The notes: a model not told the origin generated them from the sequence alone. Positions 48,470-62,940 are shown, counted from the first letter of the stretch. The stretch is DNA of 64,000 nt from Mobula birostris (GCF_030028105.1 NC_092384.1:3577665-3641664), one strand, 5' to 3'. Program-made: numbers and translations.

Positions 48470-51400
48470 TTATGGTCGGGATGAGGATTACAAACTACAG
48501 CAGGAGGTGGAAAAGACGTGTCTGAAAGGCAATGTCCTGATAATCGTTGGGGATTTTAAAATGAAAGTGGTTTGGGAAACCAGGTCAGTACGGGCTTTTT
48601 AGAACAGCTTGCCGGTGAGCCCACTAGGTGATCGGTTGCGCTGAATTGGGTGCTGTGCAATGCTACGGAGCTGATAAGAGAGCTTATGGTTAAGGAACCC
48701 TGAGGGGCAAGTGATCACAATATGATGGAGTTCACATTGAAAACTGAAGGGAAGAATAAAATCCAATGTGTCAGTATTGCAGTGGAATAAAGGAAATTAC
48801 AATGGCATGAGAGTGGATCTGGCCGAAGTCGACTGGAAAGGAACAATTGCAGGAACGGCAGCAGAGAAGCAATGGTTGGAGTATCTGAGGAAAATGAGGG
48901 AAATGCAAAACATATACATTCCAAACAAGAAATTTTCAAGGGAAGGAGGACACTACCGTGGCTGTCAAGTGAAGTCAGAGCCAAAGTAAAAGCAAAAGAG
49001 AAGGCATAAAACGAACCCAGCGCTTGTGGGAATATAGAGGATTGGGGAGCTTTTAAGAACTTGCACAAGTAAACTAATAAGGTCCTTAAGAAGGAAAAGA
49101 TGAATTATGAGCGGAAGCTGACGACTAATATCAAAGAAGATACGAAAAGCATTTTTAGGTACAGTATATAAAGCATAAAAGAGAGTCGAGGGTAGATATA
49201 GGACCAGTAGAAAATGATGCTGGATATATTGTAATGAGAGATGCAGAGATGGCAGAAGAACTACAATGCGTATTTTGCATCAGTCTTCACAGTGGAAGAC
49301 GTCTGCCGTATATCGCACATTCAAGAGTGTCAGAGAAGTTATGTTTGTGGAGAGAAAATTACGAATGAGAAGGTGCTCAGGAAGCTTAATGGTCTGTGGG
49401 TGAATAAATCTCCTGACCCTGATAGAGTGCACCCTCGGGTTCTGAAAGAAGTAGCTGAAGCATTTGCAGAGGCACTAACAATGATCTTTGAAGAATTGAT
49501 AGATTCTGGTATTGTACAGAATGACTGGAAAATTGCAAATGTTACTCAACTATTTAAGAAGGGTGGGAGGTAGCAGAAAGAAAACTACAGACCTGTTAGC
49601 CTGGTATCAGTGGTTGGGAAGTTATTGGAATCAATTGGTAGGGATAAGATTACACAGCAATTGGAGGCACATGACAAGATATGCCAGAGCCAGAATGGTT
49701 TCCTGAAAGGAAAATTCTGCCTAACAAACCAAATGCACTCGTTTGAGTAAATGCAAGCAGGGTAGACAAAGGAGATGCAGCAGGCATGGTGTATTTGGAT
49801 ATTCAGAAGGCCTTTGACAAGGTGCCACACATGAGGCTGTTTAGCAAGATAAGATCCCATGGAATTACAGGGAACTTAAAAGCGGGGGGCGGGGTGGGGG
49901 GGGGTGGTTTGGCTGGTCGGCAGAAAACAGAGAGTTGGAATAAAGAGATCCTATTCCGGCTGGCAGCCAGTTACCAGTGGAGTTCCACACTGGTCGGTAT
50001 TGGGACAGCAGCTTTTTAAGATGTATGCCAATGATTTAGAAAACGGTATTAATGAATTTGTTGCTAAACTTGCCGATGAAACAAAGATAGGGGGAGGGGA
50101 GGGTAGTGTTGAAGAAACAGAGAGCTGCAGAGAGGCTTAGATATCTATCTCGAACCCCTAGTCCGTGCAGAACTCTTACTGTCACCTATTCCCGCCGACC
50201 TGCACTCAGCCTAGAACCCTCAATTCCTTTCCTGTCCATATAGCTGTCCAATTTAACTTTAAACGACAACTTCAAACCTACCTCAACCACTTCAGCTGGA
50301 AGCTCGTTGAACACAGTTGCCACTCCCTGAGTAAAGTACTCTCCCTCATTTTACCCCTAAACTTTTGCCCCGTAACTCTCCAATTATGTCCTCTTGTTTG
50401 AATCTCCCCCACTCACAATGGAAAAAAGCCTATCCACGTCAACTCTGTCTATCCCATTTATAATTTTAAACACCTCTATCAAGTCTCCACCCCCCAACTT
50501 TCTACGTTCCAAAGAATAAGGACTGAACTTGTTCAACTTTTCTCTGTAAGTTAGGTGATGAAACCCAGGTAAAATTCTAGTAAATCTTTTCTGTACCATC
50601 TCTATTTTGCTGACATCTTTCTGTACTCTCTTTATGTTGTTCGCATCTTTCTGTACTCTCTCCATTTTGATAGTGTAGGGGAATAGGCAAAGAAGTGGCA
50701 AATTAAATACAATGTTGGATACTGTATGGTCATGCAGCTTGGTGAAATAAATAAACGAGCAGAATATTATTAAGACGGAGAAAGAATTCGAAATGCAGAG
50801 ATGCAAAGCGACCTGGGAGTCATTGTGCAAGACATCCTAAAGGTTAACCTCCAGGTCGAGTCGGTTGTGAAAAGGCAAATGCACCGTTGACATTGATATG
50901 TCGAGGTATTGAATAAAAGAGCAGGGATGTGATGTTGCGCGCTCTATAAGGCTCTCGTGAGACCGCACTTGGAGTATTGTGTGCAGTTTTTGGGCTCCTT
51001 ATTTTAGAAAGGATATGCTGACATTGGAAAGTATTCAGAGAATATTTTCGAAATTGATCCCAGGAATGAAAGGGTTACCGTATGAGGAACGTCTGGCAGC
51101 TCTTGGGCTGTATTCCCTGGAGTTCGGAAAACTGAGGGGGCATCTCATAGAAACATTACAAATCTTAAAAGGCCTGAAAAGATTAGATATGGCAAACTTA
51201 TTTCCTATGGTGGAGGACTCTAGGACAAGATTGAAGGACATCCTTTTAGAACTGAGCTGCGGAGAAATTACTTTAGTCAGAAGGTGAGAAATATGGAATT
51301 TTTTGCCACGATCGGCTGTGGAGGCCAAGTCATTGGGCATATTTAAGGCAAAGATAGATAGAGTTTTCATTAGCCAAACCATCAACGGGTAGGGGTGAAA

Positions 51401-51500
51401 ACAGGGGAATGCGGATGACTGGAAGGAATTCATCAGTCTATGATTTAATGGCGAAGCAAACTGGATGAGCCTAATGGCCCACTTCTGCTCCTATATCTTA
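48470..51500 (+). mobile_element. Decayed CR1 family C ORF2, with an antisense CR1 3' piece inserted at ~50150-50630
   Basis: ORF pieces KSPDPDRVHPRVLKEVAE, VYLDIQKAFDKVPH and FWAPYFRKDMLTLESIQR; tail tcttatggtcttattgtctta. Confidence 0.8.
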
Positions 51501-52959
51501 TGGTCTTATTGTCTTATCTCACTACCATGTCCTATGAGCCAAACCTGCCAAATGCCTTCTTCACTACCCTGTCCTAGAGTTTCAACATGTTCTAGCGAGG
51601 TATAGATTTGCAACACAAGATCAGACTTCCAAAGGTCCTTTCATTTACTCTACTTTTCATACAATAGGAATAAACTCAAAATGTAGACGTCAGAAATTTA
51701 TGGTTGAATTTCCATTTATGGTCAGCAATATCAATGGAAACACTTATTCGCTATCTACATCTCCAACAATTATATAATTAGGTATCAATGTTGCAATCCC
51801 AACTTGTCAAAAACAAACATCCCGAAAAAAAACATCCAGTATCAAAGTCTGTTCTCCGATCGAGAAAACAATTTAAGATCCAGCTTGCTAACACGGTTTT
51901 TCTTCGTGCTTTATTCTCCCTAACAGAACTGAGTACAATTTGAAATCTTGTAAAAGTATTACAGAAGTTTATGTAAATTATATCTACTGGGTCGTTATAT
52001 CCCATTTTCTACACTCCTTACGTTACGCTGTGAACATTTTGCTGCACAGAACCGAGTCATTCGGCTCGTCTAGCTTACTCTATTGACCACCGTTACGCCC
52101 ATGTCATCAGCAAATGTTCCAAGTATTCTTCTGTTTCTCGAGGCAAAGTAAATAAAATAAATGGTCGACAATGTTTTTTTTTTCACTCGCTGTATGCATA
52201 TGCTGTAGAAAATAATATAAAAGATCTAGTTTTGCGGGAGACTGTATAATCTTTCGGAATTTGACCATATTCCACCTGTCAATTTCGCCAGCATTTTAAA
52301 TGTTCCCATGGATGATCTACTTTCTGCTAATAGTCATGATTTGTGCAATTTAGCATGCAGATTTTGAAATTCCAAATGTCTTGCAGTAATGTCTTATCCC
52401 ATAACGCTGTTAATTCATTAAATAATATCAGAATTCTGATATTGCATGCACATTTGTTTACAGAATTCGGACTGTAAGAATATCATGAGCAAGGGCGAAT
52501 AGAAACGAGGCAAGTGCAAGCGGAGTAGACATTATTTTCAGTACGCCAGTGTTTAAAGAGGCTTTGCTTCATCAGTCTTGGGCAAGTGAGTTTAGAAACG
52601 GAGAATATAGAAATTCACAGCATATTGCACGTCTTTCGGCCCACAATGTTGTGCCGACAATATTACGTACTCCAGAAACTGCCTGGCGCTTAGCCATCTA
52701 TCTTTCTAAGCTTCATGTACCTATTTAAAAGGCTGTTAAATTGCCCTATTGTATTCGCGTCGATCACCGTGGCAGACAGAGCATTCCACGCATCCACCAC
52801 TCTCTGTGTGAAAAAAAAAATACCCTGGGCATCCCCACGGTACCTATTTCCAAGCACCTTAAAACTATGCCTCATCATGTTAGCCATTTCAGCTCTGGGA
52901 AAATATATTTGGCTGTTCACGATCAATGCCCTTCATCATAATTTCTTCCCCTTTTATTT

Positions 52960-55900
52960 CTTCATTCCTCGCCTGTTAGGACATTGTAGTGCAATGAGAA
53001 GGGCTCCAGGGGCAGTGTTTTGTACTGTGTGTGCGCTGTAAGAAGTCTTGAATGCCCACAGTCTCCCGGATGAACACAGCGGCACCAGGTGCACGGAGTT
53101 GCTGAGAAAACGTATTAAGGAACTGGAACTGCAGCTCTGTGACGTGCGACTCACACTGAAGAATGAGGAACTGATAGATAGGAGCTACATAGAAAATAGG
53201 TGCAGGAGTAAGCCATTCGGCCCTTCGAGCCTGCACAACCATTCATTATGATCATGGCTGATCATCCAACTCAGAATCCCGCCCCAGCCTTCCCTCCATA
53301 CCCCCTGACCCCCGTAGCCACAAGGGCCATATCTAACTCCCTCTTAAATATAGCCAATGAACTGGCCTCAACTGTTTCCTGTGGCAGAGAATTCCAGAGA
53401 TTCACCACTCTCTGTGTGAAGAAGTTTTTCCTAATCTCGGTCCTAAAAGGCTTCCCCTCTATCCTCAAACTACATGGAGGAAGTCACCCGAGGTCGCAGG
53501 AGACAGGTATTTAAATAACTATTAAGAGGATGAAGAGAAATGAACAGCCAGTGCATAGTAAGCCTGCGGCCGTTTCCCTCAATAATAAGCATACATACTC
53601 AGATACTGTTAAAGGCAACAAACTACGAGGGGTGAACCACAGTGACCGGGTCTCTGGCACTAACTATGCTGTTCTAGCTCGGAAGAACAGAGAAGTGAAC
53701 AGGACTGATAGGAGATTCCACAGTCAGAGAGTCAGAGAGGAAATTCTGTGGGTGTGATAGAGACATCCGGACTGCTAGTTGCCTCTCCAGTGCCAGGATG
53801 ACGGATGTGTCAGATTGGGCCCATGGCGTTCTCAAGGACGACTGTGCGGAGCCAGATGTCTTGGTGCATATTGGTACCAATGCGATAGGTGACAAAGTCA
53901 GGAGGTCTGGAACAGCGAATTTAGGAAATTGGGTAGAACGCCGAAAACAGGACCTTCCAGATAGTGATCTCTCAATTGCTGCCTGTGCCAGGTGCAAGCG
54001 AGAATAAAAATAGGACGATTTGGCAGGTGAAATCTGTGGCTGAGCAACTGGTACAGGGAGTATGGGTTCAGACCTATGGTCACTGGAATCTCTTCTGGGG
54101 TAAAGGGACAGGTTACAAATGAAACCGAGGGGTTCTATGATCCTTGCAGGTAGGTTTGCTAGAGTTGTTCGAAAGTAGTAAGGATGTGGTCTACAAGTCA
54201 CAACGGGAGACAGACAATGCTGAAAGTTAAATGTTGCAAGAGACATGAAGGATTTCAATATGCAGGTAAATCGGGAAAATAAGGTAGTGCTGGAATCCAG
54301 GAAAGGAAATTTCTAGAAAACCTACGAGGTGGCATTTTAGAGCAACTAGCTAGAGAATTAGCTCCTCTGGGCAGGGTGTTGTGCAGTTAATTGGAATAAT
54401 TAGAGATTTTAATTTAAAAGTACTCCTCTTGGACAGCTGTCATAGTATACCAGAATTCACGCTGAAAGCTAAGCTAAAATCAGATGCATTGCAAGGCAAT
54501 GACTGAGGCATGAGTGAGCAGTTGGTCAAAATCATTGGAAAAGAAAACTGGCAGGATTGACGGCTGAGCAGTAAAGGTGGAATTTCTGGAAGCAAATTGA
54601 ACTGTATAGGATATATACATTCCCAAATGGAAGAATCATTCTGAAGGTGAAATGACAGTACTGCGACGAACAAGAGAAGTCAAGGATATAAAATCCAAAT
54701 GGAGGATATACAGTAAAGTAATAATCACTGGGTAATTACGAAGATTGGGAAACTTCTTAAAAGCAGTAGGAGGCTACTGAGAGGTAAGCAAGCTAATAAT
54801 ATTAAAGATGATATTATAAGATTGTTCAGTTGCATAAGTTGTAAAATAGAGTCACTGTATGAACAAGTAGGCGGTAGTTAACATTGTTGCCTCTAGGGAA
54901 ACACTTCTCTGACAAATCTGTTAGGATTCTTTTGAAGAAATAACACGTTGGATAGAGAAAGAAGACTCGGTCGATGCTGTGTACTTGATTTTTAGAATGG
55001 CTTTGACAAACAGAGCACATGAGGCTGCTGAACAAGTTAAGAGCCAATGTTAATAGAGGAAATATACCAGCATGGATAAAGTAGTGGTTAATTGGCAGGA
55101 GAAAAAAGAGTGGGAATAAGGGGAGACATTTCTGGTTAACTACAGTTGACTACTGGTGTTTCATAGCGGTCTCCGTTGGGGCTACTTTTGTACGTTATCT
55201 GTCAATGATTTGGATAACAGAATTGATGGCTTTGTTTCAATTTTGCGGACAATATGAAGATACGCATAAGGGCAGGTTGTTTTAAGGAAGTGGAGAAGAT
55301 ACAGAAGGACGTAAACATATTAGGAGAATGGGCAAAAAAGGGGAAGATGGTATACAATGTCGGGAAAATGTACACTCGTGCACTTGGGTTAGAAGAAAGA
55401 AAAGAATGACTGTTTTCGAAATAGAGAGTAGATAAAAAAAAACAGATGTAGAGCAACTTGGGAGTCCCTGTGCAGAATTCTCTAAATGTGTACTTTGCAG
55501 GTTGACTCTGAGGTGAGGAAAGCAATTTCAAGGTTGGGATTCATCCCAAGAAGAGGGCATAATAAAAAAAAAAAAAAAAAAAAAAAAGGCAAGAATGTAA
55601 TTTTGCGGCTTTATACAGTACCGGCGGGGCCTCTGTTGGAGCATTACGAAAATGATTGGGCCCGTTATGATAGAAAGGAAGTGCGAGCACTGGAAGGGTT
55701 CAAAGGAAGTTCACCACAATGATTGCAGAATTGAACGGCTTGTAGTATGAACAGCAGTTGATGGCTCTGGGCCTGTATTCACTACAATTTGTTGAAATAG
55801 AGCGATTATTGAAAGGCCTTGATCGAATGGATATAGACAGCATGTTTCATATGGTAGGAGAGCCGAAGACCAGAGGTCACAGGGTCTTTATAGAACAGAT

Positions 55901-56140
55901 ATGAGCAGGAATTTCTTCACCCAAAGAGTAGTGAACCTATGGAATTCGGTGACACTAGCGGTGCTGAAGGCCAAATGTTTACCTAAATTTAAGGCAGAGG
56001 TTGATAGCCTTTGGTTGGTCAAGGGATGAATGGAAACAGGAAGAGTCAGGTAATTGGGACTGAGAGGAAAAGTGGATCAGCCATGTTGATATGTTGGAGC
56101 AGCCTCGACGGGCCAAATATCCTAATTCTTTTGCTATGTC
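52960..56140 (+). mobile_element. Old long CR1 relic with ORF1 (CxxC, coiled coil, SGNH esterase) and eroded ORF2
   Basis: FCTVC...LRKRIKELELQL and EPDVLVHIGTNAIG motifs; RT and 3' remnants through 56140. Confidence 0.7.
53191..53469 (-). mobile_element. CR1 family A 3' end (~280 bp) with 6-bp TSD
   Basis: CTACAT at 53185-53190 and 53470-53475 flanks an antisense copy of the CR1-A 3' end. Confidence 0.9.
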
Positions 56141-57334
56141 TTATCGTCTTATGCATCGATTGTTGAGTTCGTCTAACATTTGGTATGTGCTAGGAAATTA
56201 TATTTTCCATCTTGCAGAAACTACTGATTTGGCTTTCATTGTCCATTGGGGGACTAAAAAAATGCTGATTTCATGTCTATTGTCGCGCAGAAACGCCACA
56301 GTTCATCCCTCTTATCATTTTGAAGTTAATTTAGCTGTGAAATCTCAGTGTCAAATCTCTTGCTGCTGGTTTATTTCTAAACCGTTAAAATTGGTAACAG
56401 TATGCATAGTGTTATCCCACCACTTTGTGGCGACCACCTGTTAATAAAAAAAAAGCTGGCATCACGGTTGAAGAAATATCATTTATTTCATAGAAAAGGA
56501 TGCAAAGTAAATTGAAGGCTATTTCCAATCTGTTTGAATATTCATTGTAATTTGTTCACGAGTGGTTCACGTCATGGAGAATGTATTAATTGTTTAACCA
56601 TAAATGCTTCTGAACTGTAGAAGGACTTAAAAGCTTTCTGGGGTGGAGATACGTATAGGCAGGTTTTCTTTTCTGAAAATCGGACAGTTTTGTCTTTACC
56701 ATTAATGAGGTTACATTTGCTACATTCAAGTATATTTAACTATCATTGTTACGGCGAAAAAAAAAATCTCACGTGCAGCAGACAAAATAGATCAGGCCGA
56801 CTCAGAGAGTTGTTTCAGACTAGAGGACTTTATTGCATGACATCACGTACAGCCTTCTTCCAGCTAAGAGCTGTGCTTCGGAGCAGTGCTGATCTTGCAG
56901 ACCCGCTTTATTATATAGGCACAGCGTACGTGATTAAAAACACTTAACAGTAATATTGCTTGACTTTGAATTTAGGACTAGATGTTCAACAAACAGGAGA
57001 GACGTAAATGTGGTGCCATAGCATTCTTGTTTAGACTTTAGCAAGGTCTAGATTCTAAGACGTGCAAGGACTTTTTGATAAATTCTAAGAGCGTTCGCAA
57101 TCGAATAGATTAATACCGACATATGCAAAGAGTCTTAAATTCTTCAACAATTATAATTTAAATTAATTGAATTAATCTCTATAAAGAACAGCCAGGCAAG
57201 TATCTTCCCGTACCTCGGAATATGTGACAATAAGAAACAAAAACATCAATTATAATCACTGTTATAAACAGTGATTTCAAATTTCAGCTATTGCACCAAT
57301 GGCCCAGTGCTCTGCTAGATTGCCCAATAACACA

Positions 57335-58565
57335 AACACGAAAACATCTGCAGATGCTGGAAATTCAAGCAACACACATAAAATGCTCGTGGAACGCATC
57401 AGGCCAGGCAACATCTATAGGAAGAAGTACAGTTGACGTTTCGGGTCGCATCAGGACTAACGGAAAAAAGAGAGAGTTAAAAAATTAGAAAGTGGGAGGG
57501 GAAAGGGGAGACCTAAAACCATAATAGAACACAGAAGGGGGAGGGATGAAACCAAGAGCAAGGAAATTGATTGGCAAAAGGGATACAAGGCTGGAGAAGG
57601 GGGAATATCATGGGCGGAAGGCCTTGGAAGAAAGAAAGGGAGAGGGAGCACCAGAGGAAGATGGAGAACAGGAAAGGAATTATTATGAGAGGGAAAGAGA
57701 GAGAAATAAATAAACAAGCAAACAAACAAATTCATAACTAAATAGGAATGGGGTTAGAAGTGGAGGAGGGACATTAACGGAAGTAAGAAAAATCAATGTT
57801 CATGCCATCAGTTTGGATGCAGCCCAGACCGAATATAAGGTTCTTCCTCCAGCCTTAGTGTGGTTTCATCTCGACAGTAGAGGAGGGGATGGATTCACAT
57901 ATCCTAATTGGAATGGGACGTGGAATTAACATGAGTGGGCCACTGGGAAATCCTTCTTCCTCTGGCGGCCAGAGCAAAGGTGTCTAGTGAAGCGATCTCC
58001 CAATTTGCGTCGGGTCTCACAAATATATAGAGGGCCACACCGGGAGCACCGGGCACAGTATATCACACCGGCAGACTGACAGGTGAAGTGTCGCCTCACC
58101 AGGAAGGACTGTCTGGGGCCCTGAATGATGGTGAGGGAGGAAGTGTAATGGTCGCACTTGTTCCGCTTACAAGGATAAGTGGCAAGAGGGAGATCGGTAG
58201 GAAGGAATGGGGGATAGCGGGGTACAAATGGCAAGGGACTCGCGTAGGGAGCGATCCCTGCAGAAAGTAGAAAGTGGGGAGGGGTAGGGAAATATGTGCT
58301 TGGCGGTGGGATCCCGTTGGAGATGACGGACGTTACGGATGATTATATGCTGGACACGGAGGCTGGATGGATGGTAGGTGAGGACAAGAGGAACCCTATC
58401 TTTACTGGGGTGGCGCGAGGATAGGGTGACAGCAGATGTGCATGAAATGGGAAGATGCGTTTGAGGGCAGACTTCATGGTGGAGGAAGGGAATATCCTTG
58501 CTTTAATAAAGGAAGACATCTCCTTTGTCTTGGAATAAAACGCCTCATTCTGACAGCAGGTGCAG
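57335..58565 (-). mobile_element. Penelope-like element fragment (GIY-YIG remnant, broken hammerhead)
   Basis: Minus-strand ORF 57926-58234 contains GVIYCARCSRCGPLYICETRRKLGDRFTRHL; pLTR matches 14203-14340 with a deletion in hammerhead stem II. Confidence 0.85.
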
Positions 58566-59099
58566 TGGAGACGGGGGAATCCAATGAAGTTGATGGCATT
58601 TTTACAATTGACAGGGTGGGAAGAGGAATCCTTTGTCTCAGTGACATTAAGTGGAAGTTTATCGCTGCTACACCACTGACGAAACTGATCTATCTCACTC
58701 CTGTACGCCTCCCCTTCACCATTTAAAAATTGCTGTGCTTAATCTCACGGTCATAAATGCAGAACGAGACAATTCTACAGTCGGCTATACACGAACATTT
58801 GATATATACCAGCGTTAATCGTCAGTGATAACTATTTTCGATCCCTACTGAATGCGGTGATCTGATGAGTAAGTGAAGAGTCCACTTGCAGAAGGACGTA
58901 CAGAGATCCAGGCTTTGGAATTGTTGACTAGTAATCAGAATATGATGTTGTTGTATTCTGATGAGTAATCAATAAACAGCAAGCTAACGTGGGTATTGTT
59001 AGTGTTCAGATGATCCAAGGCCAAACCAATGATAATAGATTAACTGCAGGCATATTGTGGCAATTGGCAAATTTCAGCCGGTCAAGCTCAATGCTAAGG

Positions 59100-59725
59100 A
59101 AGGAATTGGTTCAGACCATAGCCAAACTCTCATAGCACTGCGGGACGGTAAGTTTGAATGCAACTGGGAGATAGTCCTTGAGTGAACTGACCCTGCCCTT
59201 CTTGGGTCCTGCATTTCTCGAACATTCGCCGTCACCCCACCATCTCGCCATCTTAACAAGGTAGACTTCCTTTTCACGCCTCTACTACCCCAGTAGGTTT
59301 TGCATCTAACACATTACTCTCTGCAACCGCCTCCATCTTCTACTGAACCTTAGCACAAGACTCCTCCTTACCTGACCCACACCCTCCGATCTCCGATTAC
59401 CCCAAGAATCTCTCCATTCGTATTTCCCTTGTCCATCAGTCCCACACTGTAACCTCCTTCTTGGCATTTTATCCAGAACAAACGAACTGATTCACCTGTT
59501 GTATGCTTCCTTCACCACCCAGGTAGTTTCATCTTCTAGCCAGTCTCTTTGCTCACTCGAACCTTCTTAGCCTCGCTTCATCACCCTCCTTTCCAGTCTT
59601 GACGTAAGGTCTAGGCCTGAAACATCCATTATTAATTTGCCTATGCCTGGCCTACTGCCTTCCCCCATAACTTTTTGTGTGATGATCTGGATTTCCAGCA
59701 TCTGCACAGCCCGTTGTGTTTATAT
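59100..59725 (+). mobile_element. Old Penelope-like fragment
   Basis: Ends cagtcttgacgtaaggtctaggcctgaaacatc...ggatttccagcatctgca, a decayed version of the same pLTR. Confidence 0.6.
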
Positions 59726-60009
59726 CAGACTGATCGGTTTTGGAAGAGAATTGACTTGCCGGAAATCAGGAAGATGATGTGCGGTGGCGACAAATTGCCG
59801 ATGCACCGCTCAACTATTGGTTTATCCGAAATGGATTTTTTTTGTCGATTCAGAGAGGCCATATCAAGAATAACAAATGTACAAACAAGACTGGAAATTA
59901 ATCTTTCCTTCAACAGGAAGAGTTTTTCGTTGAGGTGCTTAATGAAATTGCATTGCAACTCTTGTGAATGCAGAGGAAATTGTTTTCTTACATTCAATCC
60001 GATATGTTC

Positions 60010-60380
60010 TGGGACTGACCCCAGTCTCTGGCTCGGAGTCCATACCCAAGCCTCGAAGTACCCTAGCCCCGAAGAACGCAAGCCTCGTCATGTCTTCTCT
60101 TAGATCCGAGGTCCAAGCCCGAGTCAAGACCTATGCTTTGGGTCCTTATCCAGCTTCTGGCACGGAGTTCAAGCCCAGGCTCCTAGTTCCTAGTTCCATG
60201 TCCTGGTTCCACTATCCTAGTCAGCCTAGGCCCTAGATCTTTGTCTCGCCCAGGGCCTGTGTCATGTCCAGCGTCCTTTCTTCCCCACCTCTCTTGCTTC
60301 CTTGACTAACCTAGTACTGTTGATAGTAGTTCAATGTCCGTGTCTTGCTTTTGGGTCCGTTGACAGCGCCCACGTATGAC
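60010..60380 (+). mobile_element. 3' part of the same solo-LTR family in the opposite orientation
   Basis: Ends gtcttgcttttgggtccgttgacagcgcccacgtaTGACA, the reverse complement counterpart of 45287-45340. Confidence 0.75.
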
Positions 60381-60550
60381 ATTAATCTTCTGTAGCATAC
60401 CTACTTCCTCAAAACGACCTGCTTCTCCACCTATCTTCTTGCCGTCTGCTTAATTATGGACAAATTCGTGAATTCAGACCTTTAAGTGTAACCCTCAAGT
60501 TCTGCCAAGTGCGTAATTCTGTGGAAGACAATCTCTAGTCCCACCAAACG

Positions 60551-62940
60551 TGTGAGATTGAGGTGCAAATCCACCTGTTTGTTTGGATGTTGCGTGATGT
60601 GTCAGCCTGTTAGAAATCAGTACCACCAAATAACTGACAGTTCACCAAATGGAATTAAACCATTTCGCTTTATAATTGTTAAGTTTACTTAACTGTTAGT
60701 AAAGTAAAAGAAAAAGAAAAAAAGGGCAATTTTAATGAAATAATCTATTGTGTATAAGTTAGAGCTCACAGTATTCCTTCCACTGGTCCTCCACCAATTT
60801 CCCAGTGTCACATTGGCGGGGGCTTTGGCAGCAAGGGTGGACCCAAATGCAAAACACATCTTGTGAGGTTACTTAGATTTAGTTTATTATTCGATACCAG
60901 GAGAGCAAGGCAGGAGCAGGAAATAACGAACTGGACAAGGACTGGGGACTACGACTAGACTGGGACCAAGGGTCTGGGCTTGGACTCGTAATCGGTTCTC
61001 TGAACTAGAGGAGACATGAAGTGGCTAGGGCATGGACTCCGAGACAGAGAGTGGGCAGGGACCTTGTACCTGGGTCTTGTCTCGGGTTCGACCAGGCAAG
61101 GCCATGATATGGGCTAGGGAGGGGAGGAACATGTCAACACAGAGCCTTGGTCTCGGGGAGCAGGTACATGAGAGCATGGACACATACACAGAAAACAAAG
61201 TCGGGACCCCCGCTTCGGTACAGGACAGAGAGCCGGGACTCACACACAGAACAGAGAGCCGGGACCGCTCCTTGGGTACAGGACATAGGAACAGGACTCG
61301 CACAGAGAACAGAGAGCCGGGACCCCTCCGTTGGTACAGGACATAGGGCCGGGACTCAACACCCTAGGCGGGGCAACGATAAGACGGCCAGACTTTCCCC
61401 CACGGAGGCGAGGACCAGACAAGACACGACATGACCCCCGCGGAGCAACGGTACGACGGCCTGACTTACTCCACGGAGGCGAGGACAAGGCAAGTAAAGG
61501 CCAACACGAATGAACACCAGACAGTACATATCAGCTCCGATGGTGGAATTAGACCGAAGTGCAGGTCGGGGCTGCAGACGAGGGCTAGATGCGAGAGGGC
61601 CAGAGGAGGGATTCAGACAAGGGGGTAGGACAGGATTCACAGACGGCCAGGGACAGGACTTGACTCAGAACTGGGAAGCCACCAGGACCAGGACTTGTCT
61701 TTGTGCTTGAATGCCGTCAGGGCCAAGACTTGACTTGGTGCTTCAATGCCGCCATGGACAGGACTTGGCTTGGTGTTTGAATGCCGCGAGTGCCAGGACC
61801 TGACTTGGTGCGTGAATGCCGCCCGAGACAGGACTTGACTTGGAGCCACCGGGTAGTGGCGAGCTCTCGACTTGGCCCTGGAACAGTAAACAGCGGTTCT
61901 TGAATCCCTCCGGCGGGTTAACTGACGGACCCATCAGGGTGAGGAAGCTTTGCAGGCTCGCATTGCCGAAGTATCTGGACAGATTTGCTCCGGCGAGGAG
62001 AGGCGAGGAGAGGCGAGGAGAGGCGAATTACTGGCACTCGCTTCGGCAGAGACCAGGATGACATCTGCACACCCTACCTGCTATGACTTTGCCGATGCTC
62101 CCGCGCCGAACGGCTGAAAGCCGGGACTATAAACTACCGGTTCAGCCGAGTGTGTATTGCCTCTAATAGCCAAAGTCAAGGGACACGGGAAAACAGGGAA
62201 TTAACGGCCGGATCGTAACATAAACAAAGTAATTTTAAAGGGACCCCGATCCGGACCATGACACCCCGGGCTTCGTTGATTGCCGGCACCGCTTCATCTC
62301 CATTCCTTTCAGGTGTCTACGACCTCTCCTTTCTCGTATCTCCTCTCTTCGTCTTCCACCGAAAAAAGACACAGATCATTTCGGTGTCAGGCACACAGGC
62401 AGAACAACCCTCCCAAAATTGAACGTCTCACACTCCAAAGCCTCCGTTATCTCTAAACATAACCCAAACACCGCTGCTACAGAAAGACAAATACTTTGGC
62501 AGTGCTGCTAAAGACCATTACACTAGAAGTTAAACGTTTCCTAGGGTGGTAAACTTCCCCCCCCCCCCACCACCAAATTTAGTAATGTCCTCATGACATT
62601 AAGATAAATTGCCAACCCTTCATGCAAATCACAAAGTCCAACCCAGGTGTAAAAGGCAGTGACATAGCTCCCCAAGGTGTTAAGTGCCACATTTTGTTCC
62701 CTCGGTGCTACATGGCCTAGACTATCCGGTGGTCGCCTGATTCCTTGAGACCTCTGTACCCGCTGATCTATCCCTTCAGGTCCCAACACTACCTGGGGTA
62801 CTTCTGTTCTACCTGATGAGGACTCTCCCCGTGCCCTCCTGCAGCTCTGTCCCTCGGCTGAGCTCGGTTCTTCCCTTGCATGGTACAGTTGAATCCCAGT
62901 CCCCAGGCTGTCTACAGAAAGACCAACCCCACACCATCGC
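60551..62940 (-). mobile_element. Gypsy relic: pol C-terminal tail, G-rich PPT-like tract and ~510-bp 3' LTR (60551-62522) interrupted by a solo LTR
   Basis: Minus-strand ORF 62541-62789 contains QRSQGIRRPPDSL (RRSxRxRxPPxRL-type pol end); poly-G tract upstream of TGTAA; the LTR ends TCACA. Confidence 0.65.
60806..62263 (-). mobile_element. 1458-bp solo-LTR-like element nested in the Gypsy LTR
   Basis: TGTCA...TGACA termini; flanks CCCAG and CCCCG (5-bp TSD, one mismatch); minus strand has a TATA-like tttatagt near the 5' end and AATAAA near the 3' end. Confidence 0.75.

Noticed and set aside
52485-52502. ATGAGCAAGGGCGAA (MSKGE), like the start of GFP
   Set aside because: Immediately followed by TAG, with no further similarity; chance match, not vector contamination.
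52464-52585. 122-bp segment with a good acceptor (tttgtttacag) and donor (GTGAGT)
   Set aside because: Stops in all three frames and no partner exons identified; unsupported without RNA data.
58861-58968. TCTGATGAGTAA repeated twice, suggesting hammerhead cores or C/D-box snoRNAs
   Set aside because: No stem II plus GAAA after either copy; candidate C boxes are mismatched and too close to the D boxes.
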